Source: Vibrio cholerae ATCC 14035
GTDB lineage: Bacteria; Pseudomonadota; Gammaproteobacteria; Enterobacterales; Vibrionaceae
Length of the DNA: 32,000 nucleotides
Assembly (NCBI RefSeq): GCF_000621645.1
Contig: NZ_JHXR01000001.1
Coordinates: 362,437-394,436, forward strand
Direction of reading: 5' to 3'
The translations under genes were made by a program, and so were the position numbers. Position 1 is the first letter of the stretch; each line of letters starts with the position of its first letter. Positions 9,639 to 17,912 of the stretch are shown here, piece by piece. The notes under the pieces were generated by a model. It did no database searches. It was given only the letters and a program-made list of their open reading frames with translations, and was not told the DNA's origin.

Positions 9639-9663
9639 GGGGTATTAACTGAATATTAAGCTT

Positions 9664-11184
9664 TTAGAAGAAACCGAGAGGATTCACATCGTAGCTGATC
9701 AGTAAGTTTTTGGTGTTCTGGTAGTGGTTCAACATCATTTTGTGGGTTTCACGCCCAATACCCGATTTTTTATAGCCACCAAAGGCCGCATGCGCGGGGT
9801 AAGCGTGGTAACAGTTGATCCAGATCCTGCCTGCTTGAATATTTCTTCCCATACGGTAGGCGAGGTTTTGGTCACGAGTCCAAATACCTGCGCCGAGGCC
9901 GTATTCGGTATCGTTAGCCAATGCCAACGCTTCGGCTTCGTCTTTAAAAGAGGTAATGGCAATCACAGGACCAAAAATCTCTTCTTGGAAGACTCGCATC
10001 TTGTTGTGGCCTTGCAGTAGGGTCGGCTGAATATAGTAGCCTTGACCGAGTTCCCCTTCCTGTTTGGCAACGCCACCACCAAACAGCACTTTTGCGCCCT
10101 CCTGGCGGCCAATATCTAAGTAACTCAAGATCTTGTCAAACTGCTCTTGAGATGCTTGAGCCCCTACTTGAGTAGCGGTATCCAGTGGATTGCCTTGTTT
10201 GATGCCTTTCGCCCGCTCCGCGACTTTGGCCACAAAGCGATCGTAAATTGACTCATGAACCAGAACGCGAGAAGGGCAAGTACACACTTCGCCTTGGTTG
10301 AAAAAGCCCAGCAAAGTACCTTCGATACATTTCTCTAAATAGGTGTCTTCGTGGTCAAAAATATCTGGGAAATAGATATTAGGAGACTTCCCACCGAGCT
10401 CTACGGTTGATGGAATTAAACTCTGCGCCGCACATTTGAGAATGTGTTGACCCACTTGGGTTGAGCCCGTAAACGCCAGTTTGGCAATACGTTGACTGGT
10501 GGCCAAGGCTTGGCCTGCTTCACTGCCAAAACCGTTGACCACGTTGAGCACGCCTGCTGGGATGAGATCGGCGATTTTTTCGATCAACACCAAGATCGAA
10601 GTAGGGGTTTGCTCGGCAGGTTTGAGTACCACACAGCAGCCTGCAGCAAGGGCTGGCGCTAACTTCCACGCTGCCATCAGCATTGGGAAATTCCAAGGAA
10701 TGATTTGTCCCACCACTCCGATTGGCTCAGGAAAATGGTAACTGGCCGTGTGGCTATCGAGCTCAGCGGCGCTGCCTTCTTGAGCACGAATACAGCCTGC
10801 AAAATACCGGAAATGGTCAACCACCAGAGGGAGGTCGGCCACTAGAGTTTCACGCACAGGTTTACCATTCTCCCAGCATTCCGCTACCGCAAGCTGCTCT
10901 ATGTTTGCTTCAATCCGATCAGCAATTTTCAGTAGCAGGTTAGAGCGCTCAGTCACACTGGTTTTTGCCCATGCTTCACGCACTTGATGTGCGGCATCTA
11001 ACGCCAAATCAATATCTGCTTGGGTTGAGCGAGCGACTTGGCAATAAACCTGTCCATTGACGGGTGAAATATTACCAAAGTATTCGCCACTGACAGGTTT
11101 AACCCATTGGCCGCCAATGAAATTATCGTAATGGCTCTTGAAGGTGATAACGGCGTTGTCACTACCCGGTTGTGCATAAATCAT
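9664..11184 (-). CDS. NAD-dependent aldehyde dehydrogenase, AcoD/AldB-like (506 aa)
   Basis: ALDH signatures: [18 protein letters not shown] (catalytic Glu), [13 protein letters not shown] (catalytic Cys), EEIFGPV. The size and N-terminus ([10 protein letters not shown]) resemble acetaldehyde dehydrogenase II-type enzymes. Confidence 0.93.
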   Translation of the reverse strand: MIYAQPGSDNAVITFKSHYDNFIGGQWVKPVSGEYFGNISPVNGQVYCQVARSTQADIDLALDAAHQVREAWAKTSVTERSNLLLKIADRIEANIEQLAVAECWENGKPVRETLVADLPLVVDHFRYFAGCIRAQEGSAAELDSHTASYHFPEPIGVVGQIIPWNFPMLMAAWKLAPALAAGCCVVLKPAEQTPTSILVLIEKIADLIPAGVLNVVNGFGSEAGQALATSQRIAKLAFTGSTQVGQHILKCAAQSLIPSTVELGGKSPNIYFPDIFDHEDTYLEKCIEGTLLGFFNQGEVCTCPSRVLVHESIYDRFVAKVAERAKGIKQGNPLDTATQVGAQASQEQFDKILSYLDIGRQEGAKVLFGGGVAKQEGELGQGYYIQPTLLQGHNKMRVFQEEIFGPVIAITSFKDEAEALALANDTEYGLGAGIWTRDQNLAYRMGRNIQAGRIWINCYHAYPAHAAFGGYKKSGIGRETHKMMLNHYQNTKNLLISYDVNPLGFF

Positions 11185-11297
11185 AACTCGTCCTTTTGTT
11201 TTCGGTTTGGGTGTTACACAGTGTCGAAATGCACTGCTTTATCCCTTTCCTACTTGAAGTGGCAACTCCAAGTGGTTCGGGTATTCCAACGCGATAA

Positions 11298-11313
11298 CGC
11301 AAATCACAGGCCA
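11298..11313 (-). promoter_or_regulatory. Candidate sigma-54 (-24/-12) promoter for the aldehyde dehydrogenase gene
   Basis: The minus strand reads TGGCCTGTGATTTGCG. Against the consensus TGGCACG-N4-TTGCW, it matches TGGC, the G at position 7 and TTGC at exact spacing. It lies about 115 nt upstream of the ATG, with a sigma-54 activator gene divergent from it. Confidence 0.55.
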
Positions 11314-11464
11314 ACATAAATGAACTTGTTGTTAATCTTGTGTAACGCTATGGTTAACAAAAGGATCGCAAGTAACAGACAAGGTTGCCGTACTCGATTG
11401 GATGATGTGTACGAGTGTTCAAGTGTTACAAAATGACACACCCAGAGTGTGAGGAAATGGAACA

Positions 11465-13228
11465 GTGATGCAACTTCAACAGCTTAGCCATGTTAATTGG
11501 CTGGTGAACTCTTGGCAGCGTAGTGAACAGGCGGGGTTGACCCAGCAGAGTCGTGCGCAAGATATTCGCTTGAGTGACAACAAACTTAAGGAGCGTCGCC
11601 AAGAGCTCGCGGGGCTGATTGACACGGTCAGCCGATTTGCACTACCGCTGTTCTACCAACTGTTTGCACACAGTGACAGCCGTTTAATTTTGACCGACCA
11701 ACACGGCGTGATCATCGGCAGTTGGGGGCAAGCGAGATTTCGTGAAAAACTGAGCCAAATCGCGCTAAGCTCCGGCGCATGTTGGCAAGAGCCGATCAAA
11801 GGTACCAACGCTATTGGCACGGCTTTGATTGAGCAAAAACCCATTTCGGTGATTGGTGAGCAGCACTTTATTCAGCATCATCACTTTATCAGTTGTTCCG
11901 CGAGCCCGATTTTTGATTACACCGGACAGCTGATCGGAGTGTTAGACATCACCAGCGAGCAGCAGAAACACACGCTTTCAACCCAAGTTGTGGTGCAGAA
12001 TATGGTACAACTGGTTGAAAATCAGCTCCTTAACCAGATACCACATGGCCATGTACGAATCGATCTCGCCTGTGAACCCTCGTTACTGAGCAGTGGCTGG
12101 CAAGGCGTAATTATTGCGGATGAATCGGGCCAGATATTGGCGCATAACCAAGTCGCAGGTCAGTTATTAGCGCAAGGCAGAGTGATTGGTCAATCGGTGG
12201 AGCAGGTGCTGCCACGGCCACAGACGCATGCATCATTTATCTATACCACCACACCGCTCCACTCCAAACAACATCGTACCCGCGCGTTAACCCCCGCCAG
12301 TGATCTGCATTTTGGGGATGCGGAGGTGGAGCGCTGTTGGCAACAGGCTAATCGGGTAATTGATAAAGATATCCGCTTGCTGATCCTTGGCCAAACTGGG
12401 GTGGGTAAAAATGAATTTGTTAAAGCGCTGCACAAAAATAGCCAGCGTAAAAATGGTCCTTTAGTCGCGGTAAATTGTGGTGCGCTGGCCAAGGAGCTGG
12501 TGGAGGCGGAGCTGTTTGGCTATGTCGCTGGCGCCTTTACCGGAGCCAGTCATAAAGGTTACCAAGGGAAAGTGCGTTTAGCCGACAAAGGCATTTTGTT
12601 TCTGGATGAAATCGCTGATTTACCTCTAGATGCGCAAAGTCGCTTACTGCATGTGTTGCAAGACAAAACCGTGCTGCCGGTGGGTTCTAATCACGCCACC
12701 AAAGTCGACATTCAGATTATTGCTGCGACTCACAAAAACCTTGAACAGTTGGTCACACAAGGGCTGTTTCGCCAAGATCTCTACTACCGACTCAGTGATT
12801 TGGTTGTCGAGCTGCCCAGCTTCCAGCAGCGTCAAGATAGACAAGCCCTAATCCACCATATTCATCGCCGCTACAGTGATGCTGGCCAACAAATCTGTGG
12901 TGACTTGATGCAAAGGCTACTCGCTTATCACTGGCCGGGTAATTTACGCGAGCTAGATAGCCTAATCAAAGTCGCGAGTTTGATGGCCGAAGGCGAGGGG
13001 GTACTCACTTTCAATCATCTGCCGACACATCTTGCCCAAAAACTCAGCCACGCGGCGCCTACCGCTACGGAGGATGATCAACAGAAAGACATCAAATCCA
13101 CGGTAGAAGCATCCTTACTCAAGACCTACCAAGCAACGCAAGGCAACATTAGCCAAACCTCGCGTTTGCTTGGGCTGAGCAGAAATACCATCTATCGCAA
13201 ATTGAAAGCGCTGGGGATACTGAAGTAA
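11465..13228 (+). CDS. Sigma-54-dependent transcriptional activator, AcoR-like (587 aa)
   Basis: N-terminal GAF-like sensory region. AAA+ sigma-54 interaction domain (ILGQTGVGKNEF Walker A, GAFTGA loop, ILFLDEI Walker B). C-terminal Fis-type HTH (GNISQTSRLLGLSRNTIYRKLK). The start could be GTG 11465 or ATG 11468. Confidence 0.93.
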   Translation: MMQLQQLSHVNWLVNSWQRSEQAGLTQQSRAQDIRLSDNKLKERRQELAGLIDTVSRFALPLFYQLFAHSDSRLILTDQHGVIIGSWGQARFREKLSQIALSSGACWQEPIKGTNAIGTALIEQKPISVIGEQHFIQHHHFISCSASPIFDYTGQLIGVLDITSEQQKHTLSTQVVVQNMVQLVENQLLNQIPHGHVRIDLACEPSLLSSGWQGVIIADESGQILAHNQVAGQLLAQGRVIGQSVEQVLPRPQTHASFIYTTTPLHSKQHRTRALTPASDLHFGDAEVERCWQQANRVIDKDIRLLILGQTGVGKNEFVKALHKNSQRKNGPLVAVNCGALAKELVEAELFGYVAGAFTGASHKGYQGKVRLADKGILFLDEIADLPLDAQSRLLHVLQDKTVLPVGSNHATKVDIQIIAATHKNLEQLVTQGLFRQDLYYRLSDLVVELPSFQQRQDRQALIHHIHRRYSDAGQQICGDLMQRLLAYHWPGNLRELDSLIKVASLMAEGEGVLTFNHLPTHLAQKLSHAAPTATEDDQQKDIKSTVEASLLKTYQATQGNISQTSRLLGLSRNTIYRKLKALGILK

Positions 13229-13284
13229 GATTGGCGGCTTCACGTTACCAAGGGTGGGCGCAGCTTCATCGCCTATTCCCATTT

Positions 13285-13308
13285 TCTGCCTGATGAAAGG
13301 CAGATTTT
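13285..13308 (+). terminator. Probable rho-independent terminator after the sigma-54 activator gene
   Basis: TCTGCC-TGATGAAA-GGCAGA followed by TTTT. Confidence 0.5.
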
Positions 13309-13324
13309 CACAGAGAACCCTCTA

Positions 13325-13540
13325 ATGAACCAACAAGTTAACAACCCGCTACACGGCCTAAGCCTAGAAAAAATCGTCACTCGCTTGGTGGAGCATTATG
13401 GCTGGAGTGGGTTACATCAGCGTATCAACATCAACTGCTTTGCAAATGACCCATCGATTAAATCATCGCTCAAGTTTTTGCGTAAAACTCAATGGGCGCG
13501 CGATAAGGTTGAGGCGCTGTATCTATCCACCTTTAGCTAA
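13325..13540 (+). CDS. VF530/DUF2132-family small protein (71 aa)
   Basis: ..[54 protein letters not shown] matches my memory of the conserved DUF2132 core. Confidence 0.8.
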   Translation: MNQQVNNPLHGLSLEKIVTRLVEHYGWSGLHQRININCFANDPSIKSSLKFLRKTQWARDKVEALYLSTFS

Positions 13541-13550
13541 TCCCTACGCT

Positions 13551-14258
13551 TTACCAAGGCAGCGTCTGACCATCGTAGGCATAAAATCCGCCGCTTTGTT
13601 CAGGCGTTGCCGCTGCAATCAAACCAATCAAATCGTGCGCAACACGGGCGGGGCTGAACAGTTTATCTGGGGCAACATTGCTGTGAAACGGCGCTGAGAG
13701 TTTGGTGTCGGTCGTGCCGGGATGCAGTGCCAACACCACCCCTTTTTTCAGTGAGCGTTGCCATTCAATCGCTAACGTTTTCAGCAGCATATTGAGCGCC
13801 GCTTTCGATGCTCGATAGCTGTACCAACCGCCGAGTTGGTTATCACAAATACTGCCGACCTTGGCGGAAAGCGTGGCAAACTTGGCCGCCTCACTCTGCT
13901 TCAGTTTGGCGGTGAAATGCTTGGCAAGCAGTAGGCTAGGCAAGGCATTGTGGATCAGGTTGTAGAGGAAAAAATCCGCATCTAAGGCATTGAGGTTCTT
14001 TTCTGGTCCTTTACTTGCTGTATGCAGTACGCCGACACAGTTGATAAGCCAATCGACTTGGCTAAATTGCTCACTCAGAGCTTGTACCTGCGCTTCTTGG
14101 GTGGCATCGAGTGCGTGCCAAGTCAGCCGCGGGTGCTGCCACGTCGGCGTAGTACTATGGTAAGTCGCATGCACGTTGGCCTCACTAAAACGGTTCAGCG
14201 CTTCTTGCACCATCGCCAAACCAATACCGCCGCTGCCACCGATGATCACGATATTCAT
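13551..14258 (-). CDS. Short-chain dehydrogenase/reductase (SDR), C-factor-like (235 aa)
   Basis: Cofactor motif [11 protein letters not shown] and catalytic YRASKAAL (YxxxK). The start codon overlaps the stop of the upstream cryptochrome gene (ATGA, 14255-14258). Confidence 0.9.
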
Positions 14259-15640
14259 GATGAGCTTTCCTTATTTTGAGGATGATGGATAAGAAGATAC
14301 GCGCTGGCGGCGATTGGCCAGTCAACCATATCGACACTGTCGAGCGCCAAATTTTCGAGAGCATTTAGCTTGTCACAAGCCGTTCCGCACCATTTGGCAA
14401 CGAACTCGCCCTTTGGATCGTAAGTGTGCGCCTGTTTTTCGAGGTTGAATTGCCGCGAGCCGCGTGGGTCGGCTCCGACTCCCGCCAAATATTGCCAGTT
14501 GCCCCAGTTGGATCCGACATCGTAATCCACTAACTGGGTTTCAAAATAAGCGGCACCATAGCGCCAATCTAAACCTAGTTCGTGAACTAGACAGCTGGCG
14601 ACTAACTGTCGACCACGGTTGGACATGTAACCCGTTTGATTCAGTTGCCGCATACAGGCATTCACAATGGGGAAAGGCGTTTCTCCGTGCTTCCACTGTA
14701 AAAAGCGCTGCGCATAGAAACTGGTGAGCGGTTTTTTCTCGCCAATCCCAGAGAAGCGAAACAGTTTTGCGCCATAGCGCCGCGCGTACCAGTAAAAATA
14801 TTCACGCCACAGTAACTCAAAGAAAATCCAGTAGGTGGAATCGTTCGCGCCATGTACAGCTTCATAACGCTGCAACATGGCATAAATGGTTTTTGGCGAA
14901 ACCGCGCCGAGCGCGAGCCAAGGCGAAAACTTAGTGGAATAATCCATGCCGTCTAACCCATTGCGCGTCTCTTTATAGCGACTGGGGAGCAGGGAGGAGA
15001 AATAGTTTTGGCAATGCGTCAGCCCTGCTTGCTCACCACCGACAAAGGCGCTGTGATTCGGCTCGGTAACAATATCCATCAAAGGCAACTGCCAGCCTTG
15101 CTCAATGGGTGGCAAAACATGCGGATAGCCCATCGGCGCAGAGAGGGAGATCGTTTCTACTTGCTTACGAAATTGGGTAAAGGTGCTCGGTAGCGCCTCA
15201 AGTGCAAACGGCAACTGCGGCTCACTCAATAAGCTGTGCAGAGCTTGCTGATGGATGTGCACAGAAGAAAAGTCCTGATGAATGCGCGCGATAGCTTGGC
15301 GTTCATCTGAGCCCGCCACTGCATCCACATAAATATCCGTAATCTCGACTTGAGTCAGTAGATGGCGCAGCGCTTGATAGGGCAAAAGTGGCGTCACCCA
15401 AAGCTTTTGGCCTAGCGTACTGAGCGAATGATCTAAGTCAGCCAAGGTTTGGTTGAGAAACCTTTTTTTGGCTTCGCCCCATTGTGTTTGCTGGGCGTAG
15501 CGCGCCAAAAATGGCGTAATCGAGGGATAACAGTACAAACAGATCAAGCGATCCACTTGCTGCGAGGCTTGCTCAAGTAGCGGGTTATCGTTCACTCGTA
15601 AATCGTTGGTAAACCAGTACAGGCCAATTTTTTTACTCAA
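14255..15640 (-). CDS. cry1: Cryptochrome DASH / photolyase-family flavoprotein (461 aa)
   Basis: Photolyase N-terminal domain ([16 protein letters not shown]). FAD-binding domain ([50 protein letters not shown]). The DASH-type call and the symbol rest on my recollection of V. cholerae Cry1. Confidence 0.88.
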
Positions 15641-15681
15641 GTTCCACTCTCAATACCGATGATGGGGTTAATGAGCGTTTA

Positions 15682-15706
15682 TACGGTCAAAGGGATTGAG
15701 CGATCA
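15682..15706 (-). promoter_or_regulatory. Candidate ECF (ChrR-associated sigma-E type) promoter facing the cry-SDR operon
   Basis: The minus strand reads TGATCG-N15-CGTA, about 40 nt upstream of the cry ATG. It mirrors the plus-strand site at 15721. Confidence 0.45.
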
Positions 15707-15720
15707 TGCGGTAATGGGAT

Positions 15721-15747
15721 TGATCCTCGAAAAGAGAGTGTGCGTAA
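15721..15747 (+). promoter_or_regulatory. Candidate ECF (ChrR-associated sigma-E type) promoter facing the DCC-family gene
   Basis: TGATCC (15721-15726), 16 nt, then CGTAA (15743-15747). It lies about 35 nt upstream of ATG 15781. Confidence 0.5.
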
Positions 15748-15780
15748 CAGATTGCAATGATGAATCTGAGGTCAATAGCC

Positions 15781-16176
15781 ATGAATAAGCCAGATCTGGT
15801 GATCTTTTTTGATGGACAATGTCCGCTCTGTTGTAACGAGATGCGCGCATTAAAAACGGCGGATCACCAAGCACGAATTTTGCTGGTGGATGTGCATGAT
15901 ACGGATACGATGTCCTGCTACCCATCGATCGATAAACAACGTGCATTGTCTATCTTGCACGGTATCGATCAGCAAGGACAACTTTTATATGGCTTAGATG
16001 TGACAGTGCTTGCATGGCGTTTGGTCAACCGACATCGCTGGCTTTTCATTACTCGTATGCCGATTTTAAAGGGGATCAGTGACCGAATGTATCTCCTATT
16101 TGCCAAACACAGAATGCGCCTCTCGCGCTGGTTTGGCCAAACCCAATGCCAAGAGGGGGTTTGTCAAAAGAAATAG
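15781..16176 (+). CDS. DCC-family thiol-disulfide oxidoreductase (DUF393)
   Basis: VIFFDGQCPLCCNEM has the family CxxC motif. The ORF track starts at 15757, but ATG 15781 has a GAGG SD 9 nt upstream and lies downstream of the candidate promoter. Confidence 0.82.
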   Translation: MNKPDLVIFFDGQCPLCCNEMRALKTADHQARILLVDVHDTDTMSCYPSIDKQRALSILHGIDQQGQLLYGLDVTVLAWRLVNRHRWLFITRMPILKGISDRMYLLFAKHRMRLSRWFGQTQCQEGVCQKK

Positions 16177-16299
16177 ATTTGGTGACTTTACCTCCTAACT
16201 ACAGCCCCCTAATCGCTTATATATGAATTGATTTTTAAATAACGGTGTAGAATAAGTGCGGCGTTGAGCCTTGAATCAAGAATTACTAAGTAGGAATCA

Positions 16300-16773
16300 A
16301 TGGAAAAAATTGCCATTTTGGTGGATGTACAAAACGTGTATTACACCTGCCGCGAGCAATATGGCCGGCACTTTGATTACAATCAGTTTTGGTCGCAAGT
16401 GACGCAAAATCGCACGGTAGTGAAAGCCAATGCCTATGCGATTGCCAGTAAAGATCCGCAGCAGAGGCAATTTCATCATATTTTACGAGGGATTGGCTTT
16501 GAGGTGATGCTAAAACCTTTTATCCAGCGCAGTGATGGTAGCGCGAAAGGGGATTGGGATGTCGGGATTGCCCTTGATGGCTATGAATTAGCTCAGGAGG
16601 TAGACACCGTGGTGCTCGTTTCTGGGGATGGTGATTTTGAACCTTTGGTGACCAGAATTGCGCAACGCTTTCAGGTTAAGGTGGAAGTGTATGGCGTGCC
16701 GAAACTGACCGCGCAACATTTAATCGATGTCGCCAGTCAATTTCACCCGATTGAGCATCGTCTATTACTGTAA
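16300..16773 (+). CDS. NYN-domain (LabA/DUF88-like) protein (157 aa)
   Basis: IAILVDVQNVYY..GDWDVGIALD..VVLVSGDGDFEPLV are the acidic residues typical of NYN/PIN-like nuclease folds. Confidence 0.8.
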   Translation: MEKIAILVDVQNVYYTCREQYGRHFDYNQFWSQVTQNRTVVKANAYAIASKDPQQRQFHHILRGIGFEVMLKPFIQRSDGSAKGDWDVGIALDGYELAQEVDTVVLVSGDGDFEPLVTRIAQRFQVKVEVYGVPKLTAQHLIDVASQFHPIEHRLLL

Positions 16774-16968
16774 TGCGCTATTGCTAAGTGAGGGCTCAGT
16801 AGGTTTTGCATCGCTGGTTCCAAGCTCGGGATTCGCTTCTTGTTTTGCCGCGAGTTTAGCCCGCTCCGCTTTAGAAATATAACGAGGCTTGTTGCTCGGG
16901 TGCAATTTCGCATGTTGCTTTTTAAGGCGTTTTTGTAATGTCTGATTAATTTTCTTTTTACGGTTCAT
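16765..16968 (-). CDS. Small Lys/Arg-rich protein (67 aa), possibly DUF2986-like
   Basis: MNRKKKINQTLQKRLKKQHAKLHPSNKPRYISKAERAKLAAKQ... Its 3' end overlaps the NYN gene by 9 bp. Coding status is uncertain. Confidence 0.5.
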   Translation of the reverse strand: MNRKKKINQTLQKRLKKQHAKLHPSNKPRYISKAERAKLAAKQEANPELGTSDAKPTEPSLSNSALQ

Positions 16969-17064
16969 CGGGTTGTGCTCGAAACAGGATGATTAGGGAG
17001 TTTCCCTGCGATTGGGCACTGTCGCTGTGTTGGTGCAATGCTCAGTCGTTTGGGTATAGATAGC

Positions 17065-17092
17065 AAAAAAGACGCCCTAAGGCGTCTTTTTC
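17065..17092. terminator. Bidirectional rho-independent terminator at the chromosome/island boundary
   Basis: AAAAAA-GACGCC-CTAA-GGCGTC-TTTTT. Confidence 0.75.
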
Positions 17093-17597
17093 TTGAATGT
17101 GGCGGGAGTGAGACCGCACACTTTCTCAGTTAACGCTTTGATTTATATTAATTTAAAATTTTACATTTGTAGCTAGTATTACCATAGGTATTACTTTGTG
17201 CATGACTTGACAATCATGCACAAAAATTTTTCCCCTTTGACGATTCTCATGCCGCTATTGCAATGCTCTTCTCACTCTTTCTAGAGATACCTGCATTTTC
17301 GGTGTCAGCTTTTCTACTCTACCGTCATCGCAGGATTAGCAACGATTCTAGCGCAGGAGTTTATCATTGTTTCAGTAGTTACCCTAGAGCTCTCCTTGCT
17401 TTAAGTGGTTGCGGTGTTAGCTATGCTTCATTTGTAACAATTACACCAATTATCTATCTTGATGGGAGAGTATGAGTACAACCTCTTGCTCTAACCGTAT
17501 ATACAACTCCAAGTGGTTGATAGGCAATTGCACTTAATCAAAAACTATTCAGACATATGTCATCTTCTTGCAACTAACCAACCTGAGAGGTGTGAAT

Positions 17598-17798
17598 ATG
17601 CCAGAGAACAACATTCGTTTGATCCGCTTTCGAGAAGTGCTAACTATGACTGGTTTGTCACGCTCTAGTTTGTACCGATTTATTGAAGAAAACCAATTCC
17701 CGCCCCAAGTTCAACTGGGTGGTCGTGCTGTAGCTTGGGTAGAAGGCGAGGTGCAGGAGTGGATTGCTCAACGGATCACCAATCGTCGAATGGATTAG
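17598..17798 (+). CDS. vefB: AlpA/Vef-family excisionase-like transcriptional regulator (recombination directionality factor)
   Basis: IRLIRFREVLTMTGLSRSSLYRFIEENQFPPQVQLGGRAVAWVEGEVQEWI is the AlpA (phage P4 Vis-like) HTH. ATG 17598 has a GAGAGG SD, whereas the ORF-track start 17568 is a TTG. The symbol is from recollection of VC1809 and is tentative. Confidence 0.85.
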   Translation: MPENNIRLIRFREVLTMTGLSRSSLYRFIEENQFPPQVQLGGRAVAWVEGEVQEWIAQRITNRRMD

Positions 17799-17870
17799 TG
17801 AAATCCATTTTAATAATCGTTAAAATATTAAATGATGTTTGATTGAAAAGTTCTCTTATTTTCTCTCTTA

Positions 17871-17904
17871 GTAAACCAGCTCTCGTTAACGAGAGCTGGT
17901 TTAC
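17871..17904. terminator. Perfect 15-bp hairpin between convergent genes
   Basis: GTAAACCAGCTCTCG-TTAA-CGAGAGCTGGTTTAC. There is no clear U-tract on either strand, so terminator function is inferred from position only. Confidence 0.5.
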
Positions 17905-17912
17905 TTGTGTGA

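Noticed and set aside
9724-15193. Short ORFs nested in or antisense to the ALDH, sigma-54 activator, SDR and cryptochrome genes (for example 9724..10020, 10499..10741, 11653..11844, 12241..12492, 14022..14279, 14464..14727)
   Set aside because: They overlap genes with clear family motifs. They are low-complexity, lack an SD and most likely arise by chance.
15704-15946. 80-aa minus-strand ORF spanning the cry/DCC intergenic region and the DCC gene start
   Set aside because: It overlaps the well-supported DCC gene and the candidate promoters. It has no SD and an unconvincing sequence.
17263-17475. 70-aa ORF in the non-coding leader at the island edge
   Set aside because: There is no SD and the start context is poor. 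It is a Ser/Leu/Phe-rich peptide in an AT-rich region, so I treat the region as non-coding (att/regulatory).
11263-17518. Identical 15-mer CAACTCCAAGTGGTT at 11263-11277 and 17504-17518
   Set aside because: A rough estimate gives about one chance 15-mer match between two positions (both strands) in a 32-kb window. The flanks do not match.
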